This document shows positions 38,300-52,519 of a stretch of DNA of 64,000 nucleotides, piece after piece. Below the pieces are notes generated by a model, which saw only the letters and a program-made list of their open reading frames with translations, did no database searches and had not been told where the DNA came from. How positions within the stretch are numbered: the stretch's first letter is position 1; every line of letters begins with the position of its first letter. The stretch is from NCBI GenBank assembly GCA_035084275.1, contig CM068744.1:55180001-55244000 (forward strand). The letters run 5' to 3'. This stretch comes from Hydrolagus colliei (Eukaryota). The translations under genes were made by a program, and so were the position numbers.

Positions 38300-38840
38300 A
38301 TGTACATCCTTTCTCCTTATTTAAGAAAGGATGTACTCACCTTGGAGGGGGTACAACGTAGATTCACTAGGTTGGTATCTGGGATGAGGGGGTTGAGTTA
38401 TGAAGATAGGTTGAGCAATCTAGGTCTATATTCTCTAGAATATAGAAGAATCAGAGGTGATCTTATAGAAACCTATAAGATTATTAAGGGGCATGACAGA
38501 GTAGATAGTGGGAGACTGTTTCCCCTGGTTGGAGAAACTATAACCAGGGGTCACAGTCTTAAAATTAGGGTCAGCCCTTTCGCACTGAGTTGAGAAAAAA
38601 CTTCTTCACTCAGAGGATAGTGAATTTATGGAATTCTTCACCCTAAAGGGCTGTAGATGCTCAGTCCTTGAACATATTCAAGACTGAGATTGATAGATTT
38701 CTTGTGGATAAAGGGATTAAGGGATATGAGGATAAGGCAGGTAGGTGCAGTAGAATAGATCAGCCATGATCTTATTGAATGGCGGAGCAGGCTCGAGGGG
38801 CCGAATTGCCTACTTTAGCTCCTAATTCTTATGTTCTTAT
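38300..38840 (+). mobile_element. CR1 3' fragment with (TTCTTATG)n tail
   Basis: RKDVLTLEGVQRRFTRL..RRIRGDLIETYKI; 3'UTR ggcggagcaggctcgaggggccgaa; ttcttatgttcttatg. Confidence 0.95.
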
Positions 38841-38974
38841 GCACCAACAATTAGTTTTTTAATTGCCTTACAAATGGACTGTTTAAAAAGTTCCAGAGAG
38901 CACTGGAGAGATCACAAAAATGCAAGCCAAAATAACTTGTACTTATGATGCACCATTCACCATTCACCCAATGA

Positions 38975-39175
38975 TGTCCGCCTGGCTGAGTTGTAGCACT
39001 CTCACCTCTGAATCTAAACATTATTGAGTCAAATGCCATGTCGGGATTTTGAATTCTCACCTTAGGCTGACACTCCAGTGCAGTCATGGGGATGTACTGC
39101 ATTGTTGAAGGTGCTGTACTTTGGATGGGATGTTAACCGAGATCCAATCTACCTGCTGGACGTTAAAAGATTCTG
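38975..39175 (+). mobile_element. Deu SINE family B
   Basis: tagcactctcacctctgaatc..ggctgacactccagtgcagt..gatgttaaccgag. Confidence 0.75.
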
Positions 39176-40359
39176 CTTGTAAACAGAAAGGAGGTTCGCT
39201 TTTGGTGAGCGAACATAGGCCTCATTCACTCCTTTAGAGCTAAATATGTTCCTCACGGGAAATTTTCCCTACATATGCAAAGATTAATATAAATATTATT
39301 ACATCTTAATACAGTTTAATTTTGGGCAACTCACATACCATGAGGATATTGTACATTGTGACAGATTATCTAGTAAAGATGTTCCATGACTAGATAATAA
39401 TTGCATTCGATCTTAATGTTTCCAGCCTATGCCTCTAATTTCCATCCACTAGGCCTATTTTCTCAGCACCATGAATTATGATATTGAATTTCTTTGCAAT
39501 ATAATATTAACGCAGCATTTATTGGAATGTTGTACAATTAGCAAAATTCTCCTGAGATTATATTACACTGCTGATTTAATATTTTACAAATGGGCACAGA
39601 AAAACAAGCAGTGGGTGAAAATATGCTCACAATCTGAATCGCTGAACTCTCAAATTATCAAATAGCTCATTTAATGAAAGGTTTTCCTGAGAGACAACCA
39701 ATGCTCCCACTCATTGTCTTGTTAGTTACTGATGGGCCCATTACAGTAAGTAGGATTGAAAACAGAGCATTCCGGGTCTTGTATTCAGAAATATATAACA
39801 GGACCTATGTTAAGAAAACTAGAAGTATATCATATTGATTCATGGTGAATTGATCAGAATTGGGTGATGTGTGTGATGATTTCCATTTATCAGAAAGTAA
39901 CTCCATTCAATTTCATTATTAAGGAATCCAGTCAGAAAATGCAGACTGTAGCAATGTATAGTACTGCATACAAACACCAGGTCATGAAATGTTGGGGTAA
40001 AAATTTATAATCATGATAATAATCCTTGCATTTGATGTCGTGCTTCATCACATCGTTGAAATGTTCCAAAGCACCTTTTCAGTATTCACTCAGATTGCAG
40101 TGATTGCGTAACAGTGGGCAATTGCAGTACTCCTAAACTTAAATGGCATAAGAAAACCACAGTCTACTGCCTTTTCCAAAGACTGTCATCTTTGTTTATA
40201 ATTTAGCCAGGACCGTTTTTTTTCATTCATAGTCACCAGAATGACTTTTATGAACAAAGGTTTCTCCCGGTGCCCTGGTCAACATTCCTGGTGAACAACT
40301 AACAATTGTTTGAGCTTTGATACTCTATTCCATGCATGTCTATGCATTTATTTATTCCA

Positions 40360-40785
40360 TAGTGGATTGGGGAGGAGACGATGAGGACAATGAGGAGGCT
40401 GCAAGAGTTTCTGTGCGGTGAAAAATTAACAGGATTGTTAAATCCAAAGAAAGGTTCATGAACCAGAAACACGGCACGCAGCTCTACTGAGAATTCCTAG
40501 TACTTAATCCTCGTTCCCGTCATCCAGCAATGTTGGCTGAGCTTTCCACTACTGGTGCAGATGATCTGTGTATTGTACATCTGCTGTGTTTTAGAGTACC
40601 ATTTAAATATGTAAAATTACTACTTATCACTAGTACACTTGGTAAGCATTTTGTATTTAAACATAATGAAATGACGACAGGCCCATAAAAATACAGCAAT
40701 TTTGAGCACTTAAAGTAATAATGAAGATGAAATACAATTGAGCCACTATTGTCCTGTTTTCTGAAATTCTCCCAAACCTCTTTTG
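40360..40785 (-). mobile_element. Decayed DIRS-like RT core relic (tentative)
   Basis: IVFHLHYYFKCSKLLYF..TKCLPSVLVISSNFT (cf. YFHI.I..KFLRF..F..LPFGL.SAP..FT). Confidence 0.35.
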
Positions 40786-40786
40786 T

Positions 40787-41105
40787 GGAGTCCTGCAGCT
40801 GAGTGATTAGAGCACTCACCTTACAACCACTCGCCTTTAACCACTAGGTTAAATTCCAGGCAAAGACGAAACCTTGGGCAAGTTTCCTTACTCCACAAGC
40901 CTGATAATAATTCCTCACAGAAAAGTAATAAATTGGTTGTTTCAATCCACAATTGTTTGTGGGACTCTGCTGCGCGTAATTGGCTGCCGTGTTTTGCCCA
41001 CAAATATGCAGTCAATTCACTTTACAGTACATTCTGTGAAGCACTTTGAGACATCTAAAGATGTGAAAAACGCTATATCAAATGCAAGGATTATAATTAT
41101 TATTA
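40787..41105 (+). mobile_element. SINE family A, full length
   Basis: gctgagtgattagagc head, same body as 28488, caaatgcaaggattataattattatt tail. Confidence 0.9.
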
Positions 41106-41254
41106 ATCCCCGATAAAATTGGCCATTCACTTCATGGCTATTTGTGGGACATCAGAATGCACAAATGGACCTGGCATAGTTGTCTACAAATCCATAGTCA
41201 TTGAATGTTATAGTACTGTAAATGCTTTGAGATGTTTCAAAGACATGTTTCAAA

Positions 41255-42118
41255 GACAAATTGGTAAAGTGGGCAGACACATGGCAGATGAAGTTTAATG
41301 CAGAGAAGTGTGAGGTGATGCATTTTGGGAGAAGAAATGAAGGGAGGCAATATAGGCTAGATAGTACAATTTTAAATGGTGTGAAGGAACAGAGAGACCT
41401 GGGGATTTGTGTTAGTGACTCGTTGAAGGTGGCAGGACAGGTAGACAAGGCTGTTAAGAAGGCATATGGGATACTAGGCTTTATAAATAGGGGTATAGAG
41501 TACAAAAGTCAGGAAGTGCTGACTAACCTCTATAGGACTTTGGTGAGGCCTCAGCTGGAATACTGTGTTAAATTCTGGTCACCACACTACAGAAAGGATG
41601 TGAAGGCATTGGAAAGGGTACAACGAAGATTTACTAGGATGGTGCCAGGATTGAGGGACTTCAGCTATGAGGAGAGGCTAGATAGGCTAGGGTTATTCTC
41701 TCTGGAGCAGAGAAGATTGAGGGGAGACCTAATAGAGGTTTATAAGATCATGAGGGGTTTCGACAGGGCAAATAGAGAAAAACTATTTCCACTCGTGGGT
41801 GAATCTGTGACTCGTGGTCACAGATTTAAAATAGTTTCAAGGCGCAGTAGAGGGGAGCTGAGGAGAAATTTTTTCACTCAGCGAGTTGTTCGAATCTGGA
41901 ATGCATTGCCTGAAAAGGTGGTGGAGGCTGATTCGATAACAACTTTTAAAAGGGAATTAGATCTTTATTTAGGAAGAACGGGTCTATTAGGCTATGGGGA
42001 GCGGGCAGGGCAATGGGATTGAATCGCTCTTTTCAAAGAGCCGGCACAGACTAGATGGGCCGAATGGCCTCCTTTTGTGCCGTAAAATTCTATGATTCTA
42101 TGATTCTATGATTCTATG
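41255..42118 (+). mobile_element. Young 5'-truncated CR1 LINE with uninterrupted 253-codon ORF2 C-terminus
   Basis: WADTWQMKFNAEKCEVMHFG..LYRTLVRPQLEYC..FFTQRVVRIWNALP; (attctatg)4 tail at 42087-42118. Confidence 0.97.
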
Positions 42119-42359
42119 TTAAGGCATTATATCAAATGTACAGGATTATTATTTATCTGGAAAGAAGTGCTCTTTCCATTTACATTTTTTTGGCCTTGTC
42201 TGCCCAAATGGCCTATTCCTTTATCATAGTTCTTTGAGCTTTATTCTAAACAAAAAACAACTGTTTGACTTCATTTATTGCACTTGCAGCTTTTGAGGCA
42301 ATGGAAACAAACTAAAGTACAAAAATCTGTGATCTGCAGATCAGTAAGTCGTATAAATA

Positions 42360-42915
42360 GAGAGGAGCAAATAGAGAGGAGCAAAACCATGGAGGGCTTC
42401 AAAGGTGAGGATAAAGAACTTGAAGTCGATCTTCTGGAGGATGTGCAGGCAGTGAAGCTAGGCAAGGGCAGGGGTGATGGGGTCACGGAGCCTCGTTTGG
42501 GAAAGCACCCGAGCTGCAGAGTTAAGAACAATCTATGTTTTTTGGAGGGAAGAGTTGGGAAGTCCATCGAGAAGGTAGTTAAGATAAACAAACCTCCATG
42601 CAATAAAAGCATGGATGAGGGTCTCAGCAATATGAGGGCAGAGACAGCAGCAGAGCCAGACAATATTGCTGAGATGAACAAAGGAAGAGTAGGTCATGGC
42701 ACAGGTTTGAGCTAGAAATGTCAGTTAAGGGTCAAACGAGACACCAAGGTTCTGTACTGGCTCAGTGAGGTGAAGTATGCATTATTGGATGGTGATGCTA
42801 TTAATGCCTATGGTGAGGACACACTGGCAGGAGCCGAGCAGAAGGGCCTCAGTCTTGTTGACATTGAATTGGAGAAAGTTGGCTCTTATTCAGCACTTGA
42901 TGTCTGACAGACACT
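42360..42915 (-). mobile_element. L2 RT fragment
   Basis: Minus strand aligns with the 5143 and 22240 L2 copies (ccatggagggcttcaaaggtgagg; gggtcaaacgagacaccaaggttc). Confidence 0.88.
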
Positions 42916-43379
42916 CTATAGAACAAAAATCGATTGTACAAATTATTCAATAATGGCATCTTAAAATGTCAAATATCTAGTTTACTAAATTTCAGTTTCC
43001 CAAATCATCTGATTACTCTTTAACAAATATCTGTCTGTTCCTTAAGAGAGGTGGATGTCTTTCTTTATTGGTGATTTTTATCTTCGCATTAATTCGTGGC
43101 AGTCTGAAAGGAAGTTTGGAAAGAAGTATAAACTTACTTATAAGCAGATTACCAGGCCAAGGGGGACAGCTACTGTGCAATCCATAGTTTGCCACAGGGC
43201 AGTTTTGATTAATATACAAATTCTGGAAAAATATCAGCAGTGATGACTACAAATCGCTTTGAATACAAACTGAGTCAATCCATTGAATAAACAACCAACC
43301 TTCTCCTCGCATGCACCCAAAATAAATTAAACTAAACATTCAAAAATGCCATAGGTCTGCAATTTTCTTTAAAAAGGCC

Positions 43380-43570
43380 ATATGACAAAACGGCACAAGA
43401 TCCAGAAAATGAAGGGAAATTGTAGGACAGACATCTTTAAGAACTATTTATTTATCCAGAGGCTAATCCACAACTGGAATGGATTCCTAGCAAGGATGGT
43501 AGAGGCCAGGACACTGAAATGCTTTCACAATAACTTGATGCTGCAATTGAAAGATTATGAGGATGTGGTT
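43380..43570 (+). mobile_element. Old CR1 3' fragment
   Basis: TKRHK..RTDIFKNYLFIQRLIHNWNGF..MVEARTL. Confidence 0.7.
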
Positions 43571-43939
43571 TTGCATTCAAATATTCATTTAAATTTCAAC
43601 CAATCCCTTTGAGCTTTTTGTCTATGTCATTTCTACTGTCCCTAGATAGTTAGTGACATGGAAACTCCACATGATGTTTATAAAGAATATCTATTTGGTC
43701 ATATTGATTTATCCTGTAGCAGTACATTTCCTTCAATCTGTATCACAACAATATCCTAATACTCAATTGCTTACATTGTTTCCCAAATCAGATGAAATGT
43801 TATGATTTTATACCTAATGGCACATGTACTTCTACTCCCTGAATTTAACCCTCAGTCCACATAGCAACTATATACTGTATCAGCATTTTCACGATCTTGT
43901 ATGTAATTCAATAGTATTAGTTTTATTAGAGTTCCTGCC

Positions 43940-44200
43940 ATAATGGTAGGTTGTGGTCCCACATCGGGGCTTTGAGTTCACAATCTAGGCCAATCCTATG
44001 TTGGAAGGTGCTGCTTTGTCGGATTGTTTAATGTTTTATTCCATCAGATAAGAAATCAAACCAAGGTTCCGGCTTGAACTTAGGTAGAGAATAAACATCC
44101 TATAGCACCATTTAAAAAGAGAAGGGAGTTTCTACCTGTGTCCTGGCCAGCAATTCTCTAGATTTAAAAAAATGGTCATTCAGTTCATTGGTTATTTGGG
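43940..44200 (+). mobile_element. Deu SINE family B
   Basis: ttgagttcacaatctaggc..agaagggagtttctacctgtgtcctggcca. Confidence 0.7.
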
Positions 44201-44900
44201 CCAGGCTCTGTGGAGCCAAGTGGGTCTGTTGCATTCTAGGTTTCAGTTGATGACAGACCAGTCAGCTTGCCTCATCAGTAAGATTTGGAAGGCAAGGACT
44301 CAGTTCAAGAATTCCTGTTCTGAGGACATGGATTCTGCCCACTCAGCTCCTGTTAGGTCTGCAAGTCAAAGTCGCAACTCGTAGGGTGGTCCCAGCTGGA
44401 CCATACAGTGGAAATGTTGCCAGGCAGTGGAGTCTTTGCTGTGTGCAAATTTTCCACAGTATTCCTCTACAAATAATCACATAAACCACTGTAAAACACT
44501 TTGAGGTATAAGAATGTGATAAGACGCAATAGCAAATACACAGACTATAATTTAGCATGTTATTATATTTTAGAACTCCCAGATTTACATTTTCTTTTAA
44601 ATACTGTCCAAATTTTGTAGTCAATTTTCTGAAAGTTGTTAGGAGTTCAAAGTTAAGACTGAATTTGACAATTAGTAAATCTAGACCCAGGAGGAATTCC
44701 TCCCCATGGACAAATATGATTTTGGAGAGCTTAACACTGACACTGTAAATGGCATAATTCTGCCACTTTGTTGGCACAAAATGCAGTAGAGGAGGAAAGA
44801 GAGTGACAGCAGCCATTGGGAGCTAACATGTAGCCGCAGAAGAATTTGTGTGAAGTGCTTTAGCTGCCATGTTACCAAGCCATGATGAGACCTCTTAATT
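44200..44900 (-). mobile_element. Decayed DIRS-like relic (MT-like to YR N-terminus)
   Basis: TLFPPLLHF (YAFPP..LI), SKCFTVVY..RGILWKICTQ (R.ST..Y..W..F..WC), SVIN*NL (P.WDL). Confidence 0.4.
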
Positions 44901-45689
44901 TCATCCCTTGTGAAAAAGCAGACACTGAAAAAATAAAATGGTCAGCCGACATCTGACACATGCAGAGAAGAAATGGATTGTGATGGAAATACAGCACAGG
45001 GGAAACAGAAACAGGCAGGAAAAATAAAAATCTAATAAAAACAGATTAATTAAAAACAAGAGTGCTGTTCTTATTCATTATTAATAGTGAGATTGAAGCT
45101 GTACCAGTGGGAATCTTGACTGGAATTCAGTATTGCTTTGCAATGGGAATGTCTGACTACTTATTCGTTTTTATTCTGCTTGGTTTGAGTTTGCTTTTTG
45201 ACACAGCATAATCTGTTGAAGATTAAAATGTTTCTTTGTATTTCCAAGAAACAATTACGTTCTCCATAATAATACTGATAGCTGTAACATGGCGTTGTGC
45301 TCTTGTGGTGCATTTGTGCCATTATCCTTCCATTTCCAATGAAGAAATCTGCAGTGATGTGCTTCAATACAGCTATTTGAAATGTTGTTGATTTACAATA
45401 GGACTTGGTAAACAAAAACGTTAACGTAAGATTTCATTTTGCACAAGTATGTGAGCTTCAGGAGCAAGTGTTGGAAAACATGTTTTGAGTAGTTACTCTT
45501 GTTCCCTTAAGAATCAACAAGTAAACACAGTCAGTAGATATGAAATTTGTGAAATTTATAGGACTTAGAGTTTACTGTCTTGGCTAAAACTTCAATACTG
45601 CACTGAAGGAGCAATGCTGTGCTAACAGCACCATCCTTTTGTTGAGACTCTGAGATGCTAAACACAAGTTGCTGTTGTTGACTTCAAAT

Positions 45690-46800
45690 CAAGGTTTACA
45701 TTTTGCTTATATTTCACATAAATGGGAATGATCACATTGGGTGTTTCCCACCACCCCAATAATTGGCAGGTTTTAACAACATTTAGAAAAGTTTCCTACT
45801 GAGTTCAATGTGTGATAGAGAATCCCGACAGGTAAAAAATTTAACTGGAACTAAAATATCCTTCCATGGACAATTTATCCACTAATAAAATGTGTGCAGT
45901 CACTTTCCTCAATAGCAAATGTTTGTGCTTGCACAAATCATTGCAGTAAATTGAGAAGCAAATCTCAATTGCAGTTGACATTGTAGAAGTGGTCCAGTGT
46001 GCAAGAGGTCACCCATTATACTATGTCACTCAATGGCTGGGAGAGTGACTGGTTTTAGTCATTGTTGTGCTGATGCTGAGCTGTGAATCACAGCTGGACT
46101 ATTGGAGACAGAAATAAGGCCAGGTTGAAGGGAGAAAAATGCAGTGACAGAAAGCCTACACGGTGACTTTCATATATCTCTTAGCTTCTAGTTACAAAAT
46201 ATATTGGTATGATGCAGCTGCCTGCTCAGACATAATAGGACACATTTTCTGTGCTGGAATTCTATGAGCAATTTGCTCCATCATCTTCTAAAAAAAAAGC
46301 CAATGGTGAAGGAAGAGAAAACTTTCAAAGGGGTACAACATTTAATTCAAAGAGAGTCGCCCCCATGATTCTACGTTAGGAAAGCACTGACCGCTGTAGC
46401 ACTAGGTCATAAAAATGAGATAGACACATTTTGATTTGGTTGGCTTACCCTAGTCTGAAATGTAGGTGGAGCTTCAATAATAAAGCAAGAGCTGTTGAAC
46501 TGACAGCTACATTAGAGGGAAAAAATAGCCTGTGTTCCTGCTCTAGGGATGTGAAGTTACTAACTTTGCACTGAAATTAGCAAACTCAATTATACATGCA
46601 ACAACAAATTTACGAACCAGCAGAGTTTTATTCCACAGATTATAATTCGACAACCTCGCTGAAGTGTCTGCAAGAGGACATTGGCTGAAGATAAACACTG
46701 CACTCAGCTTTGTTGTCTACAAATTGAATATCTCACCAATACCCATTGTCAAAGCTTCTGAATGATTAATGTCCAACAAAATAATACTAATTTGGTCACT
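45690..46800 (+). mobile_element. Decayed DIRS-like relic (RT to RNase H)
   Basis: HPNNWQV (PYLDDWL), VEVVQCARGH..QWL (VVP.ARLH..LQ.WL), HI.VLE(L)*AI (HINVLELRAI), LTATLEGKN (L.A.HLPG.N). Confidence 0.5.
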
Positions 46801-47961
46801 TAATCCACAACTTCTTAAATCATGTAATCCACAATGTTCTCCCGACATGAAAGGCGCTCTATAAATATAATTTTGTTGTTGTCGAACAATGCTGTGCCAA
46901 TGAACCCTACAGTATATTTTGTGAAGTGCTTTGAGATGTCTAGAAGATAAAGTGCTATATTAAATGCAAGGATTACTCTTATTTTTATTAACATGGGAAG
47001 ATAATAAAGGGCATCACAGACCTGGATTCATAAGAGGGAGCAAGCACATGCAATGGGGAAGAGAATGAAAGGAAACTTATTGGTGAAAAATATTTAAAAG
47101 ATAATTTTCAGCTCAGCAAACAAATACTTTTTCAAATCAATATTTCTTCAATGTTAATATTTTGTTGATTTTCCCCCCAAAAAGGTGGTTAAAAGTGATA
47201 GTATACACATTTCTAAAGGTGAATATTGTAAGAGAAATGAGAAGGTACTCTGTTGCTAACAATATTTCTTGAATAAAGCATAAAATGTATTCAACTTTGT
47301 CCTGGACTGCAAATATCATGCCACTGTTCTCACTGAGTTAACCTTCATTAAACTGTCAAAGTAATATAAAGGAAAGCTCTAAACTGTTTATCAGATTTCA
47401 CAGAGACAGCAGAAATATTTCCGCGGATATGGTTTAATAAAACACTTACCAGTAAAACGAAAACTGCATAATCAATACAGCAATGTTAATCTCAAGGAGT
47501 TACAACCAGAGCGTAGGGGAGACAACATTCAGAAAATGGATGTTAACTTTTTTCATCATTACCCCTGCATAAGGACTGATAAATCGGATAAAAGGAGAAT
47601 CTATCAGGATTGTGATGAAAGTATTGATTCTGTGACAATGTTATCACTATTTTGGGGGGGAAGAAAGCAATGGAGTTATCACAAAACAAGCCTGTTTGAA
47701 TGGAAATAAATGACTGCTGGGGTCAAAAGAAAACTGAGAGGTTCTCAAAGAAGGAGAGCTCCTTTTCAAATGCAATGCAAGGACGATCCCAGAAGTAGGA
47801 CAGTTACACGCATTCACTAACCCTCTTGTGTCTACACAGGAGCAATGAGACTAAATGCACAGCCCACTATGGAACTCTAGCTGAGGTCAGCTAACTCAGT
47901 ACATAGCAGTGATAAAAACTGGAATCTTTGTGGTGTCAAAGTCATAAAATTGCATTTGTGT

Positions 47962-48185
47962 GTTAATCTGGCTCAGTTGGTAACACTCTCGCCTTTAAAT
48001 CTGAAGATTGTGGGTTCAATCCCCACGTTGGTCATTTGAGCTCACAATCTAAGTTGGCACATGGATCCTGTGCTGTGGTGTGCTGCTTTATGAATGAGGT
48101 TCAGCTAATGTCCCATCTGGCAGATCAGGTGAATGTAAAAGAACAATTACACTGTTGAAAAAGAGAAAGGAGTTTCTCCCGGTGA
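47962..48185 (+). mobile_element. Deu SINE family B
   Basis: tggctcagttggtaacactctcgcc A box, gggttcaatcccc B box, caggtgaatgtaaaag core. Confidence 0.8.
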
Positions 48186-49399
48186 AATGTGAGGATTATT
48201 AATTTTATTTACTCATAGATCAATTGAGTAAAGCCCTCCAATACACCTTTAGTAAAATCAACAACAATGAAGAAAACTAAAATACACCAAGGAATTTGGC
48301 ATGGAAACAGACTATTCTGTATTCATTGTATACAGGCGAACTGTTGTATTTCTGTTAGTTCAAATGAACCTCCTGAACTGAAGTTCCATTTTCCTGTAAA
48401 GATAAATGTCGAAGATGTCATGCAACACAATACAAATTTTCATTTACATCATGCCTTTCACATCAAGAGAACAAATACAATCTTGAGAAGGACCTTGAAG
48501 GAGGCGAGTGAAGGGGCGAGGCAAATGGACTTCACGAAGGAGTTGCAGAAAGTGGAAGCAGAAAGGCTGAAAGTCCAACCATGTGATGGTGGAAGGTCGG
48601 CAGAATACAAAGCAGGCTGTGATTCATTGAGCAACGGCAGCAAAGATGTCTTCTATTCCACTTGTATTTTTCGTTGTCAGAAATCAGACAAATCAGAAGC
48701 CCCAAATTTCACATTATCTTAGTTTTAAGACTATTGTCTAACCGATCTCCACAAAATGTTGAGAAACAAAACTAAAAAATTAGAAATGTACTCCAGAAAG
48801 ATTTTTGTCTTAAAATGTAAGGATGTGTAGTTTATTTGAAAATCCTTAAATTTAGTTTTAGAAGCCAGATTGCCACAGCATAAACAGAATGATGTAAAGT
48901 TTTATACAATATTAAGAATAAATTGAATAATTTTACAAAATATCTATGCAAAATTAAATTGTAAGACAATGGTGCTTAAGCAAACACTCTGTGATATTTT
49001 AAGTTGCATCTTAATTCTGAAAAAAAAAGCTTAACAAGACAGATTGAAGCAACAGGGTAGGACCATAAGAGAGGGAAGCCATGGCACAACAAAAGCACGA
49101 TAATCTACCAAGTGTTCATCGATATGTTAGAATAACATACAAAGCAGGTATTCTTGAATAATTCGATTAAATGAACTTGTTTTCATGACTACTTATCTTT
49201 GTTTACTATCCAATACCTCGAGGTTGATTGATTTTCAACAATTTATATGTTCAGACTTGTCTGATCAGTGGGAACTGTTGCAACTGAAAAACCTAGCTGG
49301 CAACTCACTGAATTCATGATCCAACAGATGCTTTGAGTGTTCGACTTATTCATACATTTCCCATGGAAGCAAAATATAAATTCCTGAACACATGATATA

Positions 49400-49690
49400 A
49401 TAGTAACAATGCTTGCGATTGATATAGTGCATTAATATTGAACTGTGTCAAAGCACTTCAAACACGGATATTCCTGTAAAGTGTAGTAATTCATTGTATA
49501 CAGGCGAACTGTCAATTTGCATACAACAAAACCTTACAAACAACCATGAAGTGAATGATTAATTTAACTGTGGGATTACTGGCCAGGACACTGAGCAATG
49601 CTCTTTCTATTTCAAATACTGTAGTGTCATAGGATCTTTGATGACCGTCTTAACACTTAGCTTCTTTTAGCATTTCATTCAAAATATAAT
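49400..49690 (-). mobile_element. Deu SINE family B fragment
   Basis: cttgcgattgatatagtgc tail; tggccaggacactg..cataggatcttt core in reverse. Confidence 0.65.
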
Positions 49691-51615
49691 TTTAAGCTCT
49701 TAAAGCTAAGACCATGAGTTATTCAGACCTCAAATACTTTTATATTGAACAGGGTACATAATTACATTTTCAGTGTATTATACAGATTGCAGAGACTGAT
49801 TTCTCCTGTGTACTCTTAAGTTTTTCTATATGATATAGCTGTGTTTTCATGTCCATTTCTCTGTTTAATCATGGCATTTGGAATGCATTGTGACAAACAC
49901 AGAAATAAATCAACCGTGGATCTAAGATTATGTTAACAAGCAGTCAACAAAAAAGGAACAGACAGAAGGGAGGAGATCTGCTGAAGAAATGTATTCCTCT
50001 ACAACATCAACAAGATCATCATCACAATACCATGCTCAGTGTGACATAGTTGACAAGCATATACATTTCAACTTAGTTTTCTTTATGCCTTGCTTGTCTA
50101 TGATTCTCTGTGGAGGATACTGTGCTCCATATACTCCACATTTTCAGTAGGCACTTTGTCTCTGTGCTTGGAATGTTATGCAGATTTGCCTGTTTCTGCT
50201 GACAAATGTTTCTAATGGAGTTATTAAAGAAGATTGTATCCCACAACTTTGTTTCCATGTTATTCTTGCATTAAAAACTCAATAGCTCAATAATTATTCT
50301 TACTTGATTCTTAAAAGTCAAGAATAAAATTCACAGGGATAAATTCATAGGACTTATAAGATTAGTGTTTAGCTGACACTAATGCACATATAAGTAGCTC
50401 ACAGAGTACAAACATAGGGATGGACAGATGTTTGAACTGAAAAATATTGGCATAAAATGATGCCACACGCTGAAAAATTACTTTGAACTATAAAGTGATT
50501 TTCCTGTAGGGAGAGCACTTATTGTTAAAACAAATGTTGTGGTTTTGGGTGCATGGCTTAAAAAAAACATTGATTTGCACCATTAAGGTGAATGTTTTGT
50601 GCACCAGCATCTGAGGAAGGATATCCTAGACATGGAGGATAATCAGCAACCATTTACCAAAGTAAAAGCAGCGATGAGCTTTTTTAAAGTATTACTATGC
50701 ATTTTCTAGAATTTTCATACAGTTAATTACTGAACTACATCAAAATGATGCTTCAATTCAAAGTTCTAGTGCAGAACTCTTTAATGTCTTTACAGATTGT
50801 GTTCACAGTGACTCTTTGGGTCATGTTATCTGATGAATATTCCATTGGTGAAGCAACAAAAAAAATCTTCTCTCATTTCTGGCTGTCCAGGTCATCAAAA
50901 TCAACGCATCAAAGTACTTGCATTTCGGAGTGACATGTTATAACCACAAACAGATAAACAGGTCAAGTTGTGTGAAGAATTAATGAAATGCCAAAGGTTT
51001 AGCAAAGCAATGAGTTACAACAATAATGCACCAGATCCCACACTGGATTTTAGTTTTTAATCCAGCCCTAATAGGCAGGGCTAAAAGATGGTAGCCCTTG
51101 GATTTCTGTGTGTGTGTGTGTATACGGGTGGGTGGGGAGAGGTAAGCATGTTGGGAGCTGACTTGACTCCAAATTGACATGTCTTGCAATGGAATATAGG
51201 AATTACATCAGTCCTCTGTGGTGCTCTGAGTCAGGCAGGTCTGCAATATTCAAAGGCAGTCTTGAAAATAAACTGACCATCTTGGCAGATCAGCAGAACT
51301 TGAAGAAGCATTTTGGGAGGGTATTTTCCCACCTGGTTCCTGTCAATCCTTGAAGCCCAAAGTCTAATGCAATAAAAGTGTGATCCTAGCTTCACAAGCA
51401 ATATAAACCATTACAGTCAGTGTTCAAAACAGAAACTGTGTAGTTTTAACTGATTTATTTCCATCAGCACTTGAAAGCATACTTTGGGACTTCCTCTAAA
51501 CCTTGGCTTTTATCAATCTCCATCTAATATTTTCCAAGATTAGGGGAGCAGAGTCAATTTGCAGGGAGCAGGGTGTAGGGAACTTCCCTCCACTTCTAGG
51601 TGTATTTTCATTGAC

Positions 51616-52215
51616 CTCTCTCCTCGTCGGCCTCCCAAGTTCCTCCATTCACAGGCTGCAGGTCATCCAAAACTCTGCAGGCCGTGTATTATCCCGCACC
51701 CGCCTCCGCGACCATATACCCCCACCCTCGCCCGTCTCCACTGGCTCCCCATTCTCCAGAGGATCGAGTTCAAGATCCTCGTCCTCACCTTCAAGGCCTT
51801 ACACGGCCTTGCCCCGCCCTATTTAACCAATCTACTTTCCCCCTACAAGCCCACCCAGACCCTCCGTTCAACAGGACTTGGCCTGCTCCAAGCCCCCCGC
51901 CCGAACCGCCCCACCATCGGAGGCCGGGCCTTCAGTTTCTCCGCTCCCACCCTATGGAATACCATCCCCCAATCCCTCCATCTCGTTTCTTCCCTTTCCT
52001 CTTTCAAGGCCGGTTTGAAGACTTTCCTCTTCGACCGTGCCTTTTGTTCTACCCTGAATTTTTCGACCTCCCCTTCGTGTTTCACCCCTTCCCAAACACT
52101 CCCCTCCCAAACACTCCCCTCCCAGCTCGGGTCACACGCCTCCTGTGCAGCGCCTTGGGACATCCTCCCGACGCGAAAGGCGCTCTATAAGTGTAATTTG
52201 TTGTTGTTGTTGTTG
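51616..52215 (+). mobile_element. Young L2 3' fragment
   Basis: TPTLARLHWLPILQRIEFKILVLTFKALHGLAPPYL..TIGGRAFSFSAPTLWN; CpGs retained; (ttg)5 tail. Confidence 0.97.
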
Positions 52216-52519
52216 ACCTTGGTAGTTTTGATGCCAATGCTTAATGTCAAACAGGTCAAATGGATGTTCCATTCACTAGCACTGACATTCACACATGAAA
52301 TAACACATTCCCAAATTCTCTTCTCTGCCACCAGAAATATATATCTTTTTCCTTTATCATATTCTGGCTGTTGATTTGTAATGTTAATATAATTCAATAG
52401 ATTTTAGAACGATGTAAAGTTTTGAGCATAGGAAAAGGCCAGATGGCCATTCACGTTCATGGCAAGTTATTCCACATTTGAGTGTAATTTATCCTATCCT
52501 ATCAAAACCATATAGAGTC

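Noticed and set aside
41261-42022. Host protein-coding gene
   Set aside because: 5'-truncated CR1 ORF2 with no ATG start and no RT catalytic core
50860-50940. hAT dimerisation-domain-like peptide (VDFDDL..QK) on the minus strand
   Set aside because: Too short to support a call
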